NCBI GenBank assembly: GCA_934086145.1
Contig: CAKOHV010000004.1
Span: 2,354-66,353, forward strand
Origin: an uncultured Bacilli bacterium
GTDB taxonomy: Bacteria; Bacillota_I; Bacilli_A; RF39; UBA660
Direction of reading: 5' to 3'
DNA length: 64,000 nt
The number at the start of each line of letters is the position of its first letter. Position 1 is the first letter of the stretch. Both the position numbers and the translations under genes were made by a program. This document shows positions 46,671 to 55,137 of this stretch, in pieces. Below the pieces are notes generated by a model. The model saw nothing but the letters and a program-made list of their open reading frames with translations, did not search any database and was not told the origin of the DNA.

Positions 46671-48759
46671 TACCATCACCATTTCCTATGTTTGAATTAC
46701 CACTTCTTATATTAGCCCCCTCTTTTTTTATTAAATCATGAACAATAATATTATTTGAAACTGTTAGTATTTTATCAGCATATTCTTTTAATGAACTAAC
46801 ATAGTTTTCATCTATTATTGCATTTTCTTTTAAAATTAAATAATTATTAGATGTATTACTATAATAAATTGTATTTGTAACAAAATTACCACTAGGGAAA
46901 ACTACAACATTATCTTCTTTTATATCATAGATATCATGTCCAAGTGCATAAGGGTTACTAAATCCTAACATATTACCTAGTGTTGGCATAACATCATACA
47001 TTCCCATAACATTGTTATTTACTAATTTGATTTTTTTAGCCACATTTTTATTTTTAGTCCAAATAATCAAAGGAGTTCGACGATTGATTTCATGAGCATA
47101 ATAGTCATAATTTACATAGTTAGGATTTCCTTCTTCGTAAACTTCTCCCGTTTCTGTATTATAATTATAATAATATTGATACTCACTTTTATCTAATCTG
47201 GCATCATGATCCCCATAGAAAACAAAGACTGTATTATTGTAATATTCACTATTTTTTACATATTCTACAAATTGTCCTAATGACATGTCAGCATAATGAG
47301 CACTAATAAAATAGTTACCTAATTTAGTTCCCTTTAAGTAATTATCTGTTTTTACTTCCTCTTCTTGAGTCTGTTCATTTTTTACCTTGTATGTATTAGT
47401 TAATTCTAGTTTACCAAAATTATCATAAATTTCCGGATTCCAATCTGTAGCTGCAAATGGTGAATGGTTGGATAATTGAATTAAAGTTCCCATATAATTC
47501 GTATGTTCTTGCTCTACTTTTTCAAGTTTTTCTTGCATTTGTTCAAAGAACATTGAATCATTTAAGCCAAGCCCAACACGATCTGTTTTTTCATCATACT
47601 TAAATGTTTCTTTAAAAAACATATCCTGATATCCTAATCTTGGATGCATATTATTTCTATTCCACATTGAAGAACTATTAGCATGAGCACTAAAGGTATA
47701 ATAGCCTTTTTGTGATAATAGTTTTGGAATTGTAACATAATCTCTCTTATAGTATCCAACGAAAACTGTTCCACTACTTGAAGGCATTAATGAGGTATTT
47801 AAAGTAAACTCTGTATCACTACTTGTTCCAACACTAATTTGTGGATAGAAGTTACTAAAATACATTCCTTCTTTTGATAATTTATTTATTGTTGGTGTTA
47901 TTTCAACACCATTTACTTTAGTATCAATCAAAAAATTTTGAATACTTTCCATATGAACAAAAATAACATTCATACCTTCTAAGACATTAGTATACTTATT
48001 ATCATGCTTAGATTCATTTTCTTTAAACTTATTAGCATAAAATTCTCTGAAGTTCTTAGCAGCTTCATCATATCCAAATAAAGAATTTATTTTAGGAGAT
48101 AAACTTTGAACCAAATCATTTCCTTGATATAAAATTATACCAAAACGTTGGACAATGTACTCCCTATTCCATTGTTTTACTAGTCTACTAGCATCAGTTC
48201 CCGTAATATTTACTAAAGTAAATGATAAAATTATGAAACCTCCTAATAAGGTTCCCACAAACATTTTCTTCCCCTTTTCAATACGACCTACAAAATTATA
48301 ATAATTACTAATTTTAAGTAGACGATGAATATAGTAGTAAAAAAAGGGAAAAAAGACATAAATAAAGTCAATAAATCTAAATTTTTCAATTAATGAATCC
48401 CCAACTTCTCCTACTAAGCCAAGTTCTGCTAGTAAGCTGAAAGAAGCAAACGAGGTGTAAAAAACATAATAAATAGAATTTACAACACACATTAAAGTTA
48501 CTACTAAAAGCCAAAACATATAATATTTAAATTGTTTATCAGCTTTAAATAAGTATCCAAAAGCTCCTATGATTACTAATAAAGCTAAATCACAAATAAA
48601 AGGTTCATAAGCAAATGTATTACGTAACGTAAATTTTCTTAATAAGACAGTCTCTATCATTGCAAATAGTACAAATGTTAAAAATAACTTATTTGTAGAA
48701 AAATACTGTATAATAAATTTACGTATTTTTTTTAAAATATTTGATATTTTATTTTTCAT
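46663..48759 (-). CDS. ltaS: LTA synthase (LtaS) family sulfatase-fold polyglycerolphosphate transferase
   Basis: Five N-terminal TM helices plus an extracellular sulfatase-like domain (NVIFVHMESIQNF...GTSSDTEF...SAHANSS...FYGDHD). Start moved to ATG 48759. Confidence 0.85.
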   Translation of the reverse strand: MKNKISNILKKIRKFIIQYFSTNKLFLTFVLFAMIETVLLRKFTLRNTFAYEPFICDLALLVIIGAFGYLFKADKQFKYYMFWLLVVTLMCVVNSIYYVFYTSFASFSLLAELGLVGEVGDSLIEKFRFIDFIYVFFPFFYYYIHRLLKISNYYNFVGRIEKGKKMFVGTLLGGFIILSFTLVNITGTDASRLVKQWNREYIVQRFGIILYQGNDLVQSLSPKINSLFGYDEAAKNFREFYANKFKENESKHDNKYTNVLEGMNVIFVHMESIQNFLIDTKVNGVEITPTINKLSKEGMYFSNFYPQISVGTSSDTEFTLNTSLMPSSSGTVFVGYYKRDYVTIPKLLSQKGYYTFSAHANSSSMWNRNNMHPRLGYQDMFFKETFKYDEKTDRVGLGLNDSMFFEQMQEKLEKVEQEHTNYMGTLIQLSNHSPFAATDWNPEIYDNFGKLELTNTYKVKNEQTQEEEVKTDNYLKGTKLGNYFISAHYADMSLGQFVEYVKNSEYYNNTVFVFYGDHDARLDKSEYQYYYNYNTETGEVYEEGNPNYVNYDYYAHEINRRTPLIIWTKNKNVAKKIKLVNNNVMGMYDVMPTLGNMLGFSNPYALGHDIYDIKEDNVVVFPSGNFVTNTIYYSNTSNNYLILKENAIIDENYVSSLKEYADKILTVSNNIIVHDLIKKEGANIRSGNSNIGNGDGNG

Positions 48760-48835
48760 TTCATCCCTTCTTACAGAACATATTATAACATATATCAACA
48801 TTTTGTTACAACATTGTAATTTTAGATGATTTTTT

Positions 48836-48937
48836 CGTGAATTTTTAGACTAAATTCCATTTTTTATGAAAATATTTAAAATACAAGACTTATTTCCGTT
48901 TTTAACCTAAAAGCGGAAATCCAAATTAAAATTCACG
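48836..48937 (+). mobile_element. MITE-like TIR-bounded repeat, short copy (B, 102 nt)
   Basis: Begins CGTGAATTTT and ends AAAATTCACG, a perfect 10-bp terminal inverted repeat. It is flanked on both sides by TTTTTT. An internal 12-bp hairpin lies at 48892-48920. It is homologous to 29156-29363 on the opposite strand. Confidence 0.6.
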
Positions 48938-48953
48938 TTTTTTAAATTTATAC

Positions 48954-48982
48954 TTGAATTTTTTTTAATTTAATGGTATCAT
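48954..48982 (+). promoter_or_regulatory. Sigma-A promoter of tRNA-Gly
   Basis: TTGAAT (48954-48959), 17 nt spacer, then extended -10 TGgTATCAT (48974-48982). The tRNA starts 19 nt downstream. Confidence 0.55.
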
Positions 48983-49000
48983 CTAATTACGTGTACAAAC

Positions 49001-49075
49001 GCAGGTGTAGTACAATGGTTAGTATGCAACCTTGCCAAGGTTGAGATGGGAGTTCGATTCTCCTCACTTGCTCCA
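49001..49075 (+). tRNA. tRNA-Gly (anticodon GCC), CCA encoded
   Basis: Hand-folded cloverleaf. Acceptor GCAGGTG/CACTTGC, D-stem GTAC/GTAT, anticodon stem CAACC/GGTTG with loop TTGCCAA, and T-arm GGGAG-TTCGATT-CTCCT. Discriminator T plus CCA. Confidence 0.9.
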
Positions 49076-49084
49076 TTTGAAATC

Positions 49085-49117
49085 AACTTACGAGCTTAAT
49101 TGTTCGTAAGTTTTTTT
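49085..49117 (+). terminator. Intrinsic terminator after tRNA-Gly
   Basis: AACTTACGA-gcttaattgt-TCGTAAGTT followed by T-run. Confidence 0.7.
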
Positions 49118-49243
49118 ATACAAAATTTTTGTTAAATGTAATAACCAATAAATGAAAACAATATTTTATATAAAAAGATACGGTTTCTAGTGATGATAAA
49201 AAGCAGAAAAGAAAAAAGACGATTACGAATTATAACCATCAAA

Positions 49244-50962
49244 TTACTTTAATCCAAATTCACTTTTCTCTTGCAAAGATTTTTTTCGTATCATACTAAT
49301 AATGTTAATAAGTTTAGACATTTGACCAGTTCCACTATTTCTTATATAACCATTAGAATATTCACATTCTATAAAAGAATTAAAATTATCTACAATTGTC
49401 TTATTTTCCCAAGGAAAGTATCCTTCATCACTAATCCAATCTTTAGAAATAGTTAAAATATCATTTTTATCTTCTTCTTGTTTCATTAATAGATAATAAT
49501 TTATGCATTGTAAAAAATAATTCGTATCGCTTGTTGAACAATATTTTTTTGAATCCAATGATGACATATGTTGTAGATAATTTTGAGATGTTACGTTTAT
49601 CCCTTGAATCCAAACAGAATTTGGATCAGCAATTACATTGGCTCTTTTGCCTTCCAATTTAGATAGTATTTTGTTGCATAATTTTATATATTCATCGTAA
49701 TTATTTGAGTCTTTTTTATATTGCTTAAACAATTCATTTACCACATAGTAATCGACAACTCCATACTTTTCAAATGTTCTATCAACTATTTCCTCTAATT
49801 CTATTTTAACATTAGGATGTTTTCTTTCAATCAAAGATTCTGCTAACAATTCATTTTTTAGAAGAACTCCTAAAATTAATGATATTCCATCACTATCTAA
49901 ATGAATATTTTTTGTTGGGAAATTTATAGAATCTTTAAAAAAATCAACCATACTTGAATCGATTATTCCTAATAATCCTACCAATTGTTCTTCAATATCA
50001 ATTTTCTGATTTTTAAATATAATTGATAATGCAATACTTAAAAATTGATTATTAATATTTTGATTAAACAACTTAAATGTATCACTATCATCTATTTTAT
50101 CCGTCGTATCAAACAAATAATCCCACTCATTAATATCAGTTGAATATTCTTGTATATTTTCAAAATCATATGAAATTTTATATAAGCCTTCAAATCCATT
50201 TTTAAAAAAAAACTCATAGATTTTTTCCTTTTCTTTTTCTCTTCTTCTATATTCTTGAGCCTCACTTTGAATAATTAACGGCATATTAGCCATTAAATCA
50301 TCGGGTATTGGCATTTTTTTAATCATATCTATTAAAACAACATTACAATATAAATCAGAATAATCATAATTACATTCAATCAAAATCTTTGATAATTCTT
50401 CCATTTCGGAAGAGGATAAACTACTACGTTTTTCTGACTTTGTAAGCATAGCAGATGCCAAAAGTGGAAAGTTACTAAAAGTTAATAATAATTGATTATA
50501 TCCATCTTTATTTACAATATATTGAAAAATAGAATTCTTATTTATTAAATATACAGTATCCATTATACTAACCGGCACTCTGTATCCATCCTGTTTATAT
50601 GCTTTAATTAATGTACTAGGAGATATTTTTTTGTATAATATTTTATATGTTAATAGTTGGACAATCCCTTCTTCAACAAACTTTTTTGATAAATCATCTT
50701 TAGATGATAATACATGTAATAATTCATGTACAAAATTAAACAACTCAAATTCAGAATCGTTACTATAATATTTATTAATAGTTATTCTTTTTTCTTTTCT
50801 ATTTACAGCTGCTCCTCTATAATCATACTTATCATTTTTTATTATCAATTCATATTCTTCAATTTTCTTTTGTAATCCTTTTTTACATTCATAACCAAAT
50901 TCACTTTCAAAAAAATCACTTATATCACTAATTGCATTGTCTATTATAGATTTATAGTCCAT
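49244..50962 (-). CDS. Hypothetical protein with N-terminal HExxH zinc-metallopeptidase-like motif and long helical C-terminal region
   Basis: Start moved to ATG 50962 (RBS AAGGGGTGA). FNFVHELLHVLSS...FVEEGIVQ is HExxH plus a downstream Glu. The rest has no recognisable motif. Confidence 0.5.
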   Translation of the reverse strand: MDYKSIIDNAISDISDFFESEFGYECKKGLQKKIEEYELIIKNDKYDYRGAAVNRKEKRITINKYYSNDSEFELFNFVHELLHVLSSKDDLSKKFVEEGIVQLLTYKILYKKISPSTLIKAYKQDGYRVPVSIMDTVYLINKNSIFQYIVNKDGYNQLLLTFSNFPLLASAMLTKSEKRSSLSSSEMEELSKILIECNYDYSDLYCNVVLIDMIKKMPIPDDLMANMPLIIQSEAQEYRRREKEKEKIYEFFFKNGFEGLYKISYDFENIQEYSTDINEWDYLFDTTDKIDDSDTFKLFNQNINNQFLSIALSIIFKNQKIDIEEQLVGLLGIIDSSMVDFFKDSINFPTKNIHLDSDGISLILGVLLKNELLAESLIERKHPNVKIELEEIVDRTFEKYGVVDYYVVNELFKQYKKDSNNYDEYIKLCNKILSKLEGKRANVIADPNSVWIQGINVTSQNYLQHMSSLDSKKYCSTSDTNYFLQCINYYLLMKQEEDKNDILTISKDWISDEGYFPWENKTIVDNFNSFIECEYSNGYIRNSGTGQMSKLINIISMIRKKSLQEKSEFGLK

Positions 50963-51149
50963 CTCTTCACCCCTTAAAAGATATAGCAAAATTGTATCAT
51001 AAAAAGTATTAGAAGAAAAATTTAAGTGCTTAGTAAAAGTTTTCACCATCTTGGTTACTTTGAAGATGAACAAGCAATTAAAACTAAAATTGAATATTTA
51101 AACTACCCCAAAAACGAATCACCGCTAAAAATAATAAAGACAATGCCAA

Positions 51150-52253
51150 CTAAGCATTGTCTTTATTAATAAATTTCCTAGCAACTACTCTATTATAAGG
51201 TACAAATTGGAAATCAAAATATGTATAATATCCACCTTTTGGACACCTTAAATATTCTGTAATTTGCTTGGATACAGAATCAGAAATTTGATTTATTCTA
51301 ATAACACTATCATCAGTTTGAACTAATGGTACAACATATCTTTTTTTAGCTTTTACATTAACACAATATTTTTCATCAATAGGCATAGTACTGCTATAAA
51401 CTGTATCAACATCTTTAAATAATTTAAAACTATCTGATAAATATTTATCTTCACAGGTTAAAATTTTATTAATTACTTCTTGCTCTGAAAGTGTATACAA
51501 ATCTTCTATTGTTAAATAGCCGGCATTGTTCATTGACTTACACATATCTGCTAAAAATTGCATTACTGTTCTATCCTTATCACTTCCCCATTCAGTCCAT
51601 AATTTTAAAATTATACCTATATATTCTTCACAAACTTCTTTATCTTTGAAAGCAAGTTCTGGTGTACCATCTTCATTCGTAGTTACAACAATATTGTTAT
51701 ACATTTTTCGAATTTCGTCTAATTCCCAAACTCTTAAAAAAGTTAATCCGCTTGAAAAGGTATATTCAAATCTATCAGCAGACAGTTTTGGTGTATCATT
51801 GTCAGCAATAGGATAAATCTTATAGTCATCTACTTCTTCTAATTTTATTCCATCTCTTTTTAACAAGCTCATTATTTTTGAAGAACTTTTAATAATGTCA
51901 GAGGTTTTTGCTTCAGTAGACTCTTGAGTTTCTGAATCACCATTCATAAAATCTATGCAATGCTTAAATACAGGTGTAGCAATATCGTGAAATAGACCTG
52001 CTAGTGTTTGTTTCTTATCGTGTGTAAAATGCCAAATAATTAAAGCAACTCCAACACTATGATCCAAATTTGAATACCAATATCTAAGATTAAAACATTT
52101 AGAATAATCTGTACCACAACTCATACTTATTTTACTAATTCTTTCCATTTCAGGAGTATCAATATACTCTAATAACCATGTTGGAAATTCAGGTGATAGA
52201 ATACTAAAATATTCCTTTACCTCATCATTTAAACTATCATAATATTTATTCAT
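51150..52253 (-). CDS. HD-domain phosphohydrolase (COG1078/SAMHD1-like signature, divergent)
   Basis: NLDHSVGVALII...LAGLFHDIATPVFKHCIDF resembles the R-x-x-HS-x-GV ... LLHDIGH-x-PFSH pattern. ATG 52253 is preferred over the ORF-track GTG at 52262. Confidence 0.65.
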   Translation of the reverse strand: MNKYYDSLNDEVKEYFSILSPEFPTWLLEYIDTPEMERISKISMSCGTDYSKCFNLRYWYSNLDHSVGVALIIWHFTHDKKQTLAGLFHDIATPVFKHCIDFMNGDSETQESTEAKTSDIIKSSSKIMSLLKRDGIKLEEVDDYKIYPIADNDTPKLSADRFEYTFSSGLTFLRVWELDEIRKMYNNIVVTTNEDGTPELAFKDKEVCEEYIGIILKLWTEWGSDKDRTVMQFLADMCKSMNNAGYLTIEDLYTLSEQEVINKILTCEDKYLSDSFKLFKDVDTVYSSTMPIDEKYCVNVKAKKRYVVPLVQTDDSVIRINQISDSVSKQITEYLRCPKGGYYTYFDFQFVPYNRVVARKFINKDNA

Positions 52254-52820
52254 TAAAATCACTATCTTTCTTACTTACAACATACATCAAAAAAATCTTT
52301 TCCGAACTTTGTTTTCTTTATCATTCCTTCTGTTATGTCTAATTTATCTAAAAACTAGGATGAACATTTTCTTTTTAGTATCCTCAAGCATCATATTCAC
52401 AATTACTTTTAATTCATTCATAGAATATTACTCCATTCCGCACCTTAAAAGAGTATCCTAATTAATAAAACAAAACTATTATAATAATAACATATTTTGA
52501 CATTTTTTAAATAAATATGGATTTTTTTTATTAAGAGTATTGTAATAATTTTATTATTTGTTATAACTGATTTATTAGAGAATTTATATCATATTTTTAT
52601 AATCTTAATTTCACATACATTTATAATATATTTGTAGTTAAGACGCCATTTTAAATCACCTCATAAAATAATAGCTTCACAATTTTGTATTTTATATAAA
52701 ATTTTTAAATTTCTTTCTTTTATATTATCATGGAATTTTTATTTACTTAGATTTATTCACGAACTCACCAAAAAGATGCTTTTAAGTCCTATAATTATCC
52801 CCAAAATTTTCCAGACTATC

Positions 52821-53969
52821 TTACGTTGAAATAATTTCTTTGAATTCCTTATCAAACATTTTTAAATATTCATTAATAATTTGTTCCATTTCATAAGGGC
52901 ATTCTAGATAACAACTAATAGAATCACTTTTTCTAACATATGAGACTATATAACTATAACTACTTCCTTCAATAAAATTATAAGTCTGATAAAAAGGATC
53001 AAATTGTATCATATAAACATCATCTTTATACGTAATCGGATGCGAAATATAAGAATCAATAGTTATAGAATATATGCCCTTGCTAGTTTTCTTAATATAA
53101 TTATCGTCAGCATCTAAAATATAATTATTTTTTTCTACGTATTTTGTAATTTTTCTAAAGAATTTTTCCTTTCAGCGATAATAGAACTAGTAACAGTATC
53201 ACTCTTAAAATTCCTACCAATCGCCTTAACCTTCTTTGAAAAGAAATTATTACTTTTTAACTTCACTTCATTTTTTAATTTTATCTTTTCTTTTTTCTCT
53301 ATATTACTATCCTTATCTAAATAAGTTATTTCTAATGTCCAATTATCTATTTTTTTACTTTATCCTCCGTAAAAATCTCATTGTATCCCTTTAATTCACT
53401 CAGATAACCACCTAAACGATATTGATCTTCAAATATTAACTCTTCACCATTTTTTAAACTTATTTTAAGTATATTTAAATCTAAACTACTTTTATTATGA
53501 CTTAATTGACCAAATGTATAAAATATTCTTGATTGGTATCAATAAATAAACCTTCATTATAAACAAAGTTTTCACTTTCACCACTTAAACTATACACCTT
53601 AAATTTATTATAATTGTTAATAAAATATATAAATAACGCTGAAACAAATAAAATGAATATTATAGTAATAATACTTATCAAAAGTAATATCTTATTTTTT
53701 TCCTTAAAGCATCTTAAAAAATATATGGTTGCTTCATCTTTTTGGGCTTTTTTATTATCTTTTTCACCACTTAAAAGTTCATTCAATGAAATATTTAACT
53801 CCATACATAAATTTTCAAATAATCCAACGTCTGGCAAAGATCGCCCATTCTCCCATTTACTAACTGCTTTATTCGTTACATTTAACCTCCTGGCCAATTC
53901 CTTTTGCGTTAATTTTTTATTGTTCTTTGTTCTGCAATAAAATTCCCAATTTTTTCTAAATCCATGCAC
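52821..53969 (-). pseudogene. XRE-family HTH / single-TM regulator gene broken by two frameshifts
   Basis: The 155-aa ORF (53502-53969) encodes an HTH (LTQKELARRLNVTNKAVSKWENGRSLP) plus one TM. Own translation shows the reading frame continuing in another frame from about 53520 to 53140 (YTFGQLSHNKSSLDLNILK...ERKNSLEKLQNT*). It then continues in the frame of the 63-aa ORF (KEKFFRKITKYVEKNNYILDADDNYIKK...MIQFDPF... to 52821). The second shift lies in A-runs near 53130-53165. Confidence 0.55.
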
Positions 53970-54196
53970 TAATCTACTCCTTTAACTTTTACAATTACAT
54001 TATATAGTATAAAGCTAAAAAAAAGAGTCTACACTTGGTAGACCATTAAGCATACAGCTTATAAAGACAGGTTATTCTTATGATTTAATAACATTGTAAA
54101 CAAATTATTTACTACGTCATAAATAATTTCAATAATTAAAAATTGATTAACTTTTATATTTTAAATAAAAATCAATAAAATAGATTTATTCAATGC

Positions 54197-54991
54197 CTAA
54201 ACATTCCTTATCTTATAATCCAATACTTTGCAATTGTCATCTAACATAAATTTGCCTTCAAACACGTAATCTTTAAATAAATATGGCGTAAATTTTTGAT
54301 TTTGATCAAATTGCTTAATATTTGGCAAATCATCTAAGTTAATCCATTCCAAAGTTCCTTCAGGAGAAAAAGAAGTCAATTTCCCTTCAAACTCATTAGC
54401 TACATAAACAAATATTATTCCTTCATTAGAATCTTTCCAATAAGATATCCCTTGAAGTTTAGGATTAACTAGAGTAAGTCCCGTTTCTTCATAATATTCT
54501 CTAATTATACAATCTAGTGGACTTTCCCCTGTTTCAAACTTTCCTCCTGGTGGAGCGTACACTTTCCCCCATTTTTTAGTGAACTTAATCATTAAAACTT
54601 TATTATCTTTTTTCAAATAACAAGCAGTCGCATTATAATGGGCAATTCTATGTTTCTTTATTGCAAAAGCAACCCAATTTTCGTTACTTTCCTCATCTCC
54701 ATGATTTTCAGTATGCCCAAAATCGTGTATAACATCATCAACACTACTATATTTATTCTGAAAATCATCCTCATAGTATTTCACATAACAATCATGCAAG
54801 TTATTAAAAATTTCAATATTTTTAACATCAACAACAAATTCATCATCTAAATTAGGCAATTTTAGAAATCTAATAATATCTCCAATTCTAACTTGCTTTC
54901 TTTTTTCATCATTAAAAAAATATACTCTTTTTCTTCGACCAGACTTTAAATCATTAAAATCTTCTTCTGTCAAATTCATTACGTGCTCCAT
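54197..54991 (-). CDS. ASCH-like domain fused to NUDIX hydrolase
   Basis: RBS GGGGGA. Exact Nudix box GKFETGESPLDCIIREYYEETGL (G-x5-E-x7-REUxEExGU). The N-terminal ~90 aa (DLKSGRRKRVYFFNDEKRKQVRIGDIIRF) is ASCH/PUA-like by eye. Confidence 0.75.
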   Translation of the reverse strand: MEHVMNLTEEDFNDLKSGRRKRVYFFNDEKRKQVRIGDIIRFLKLPNLDDEFVVDVKNIEIFNNLHDCYVKYYEDDFQNKYSSVDDVIHDFGHTENHGDEESNENWVAFAIKKHRIAHYNATACYLKKDNKVLMIKFTKKWGKVYAPPGGKFETGESPLDCIIREYYEETGLTLVNPKLQGISYWKDSNEGIIFVYVANEFEGKLTSFSPEGTLEWINLDDLPNIKQFDQNQKFTPYLFKDYVFEGKFMLDDNCKVLDYKIRNV

Positions 54992-55137
54992 CCATTTTCC
55001 CCCATCTAAAAACCTATTATTTTTATTCTCTTATTATAATAAACTATTTTAATTGTTTGCTAAGAAAAAACTCAACTCATCAAATTAAAAGGAATGTTTT
55101 AAATATTATAGTCGAACGTCGTTCCTTTCTCAACTAC

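Noticed and set aside
29156-48937. Evidence that the 19.5-kb segment between the inverted repeats has actually undergone inversion.
   Set aside because: Genes inside and outside the segment are almost all on the minus strand, with no strand switch at the repeats. Nothing in this single sequence shows that an inversion occurred. It remains only a mechanistic possibility.
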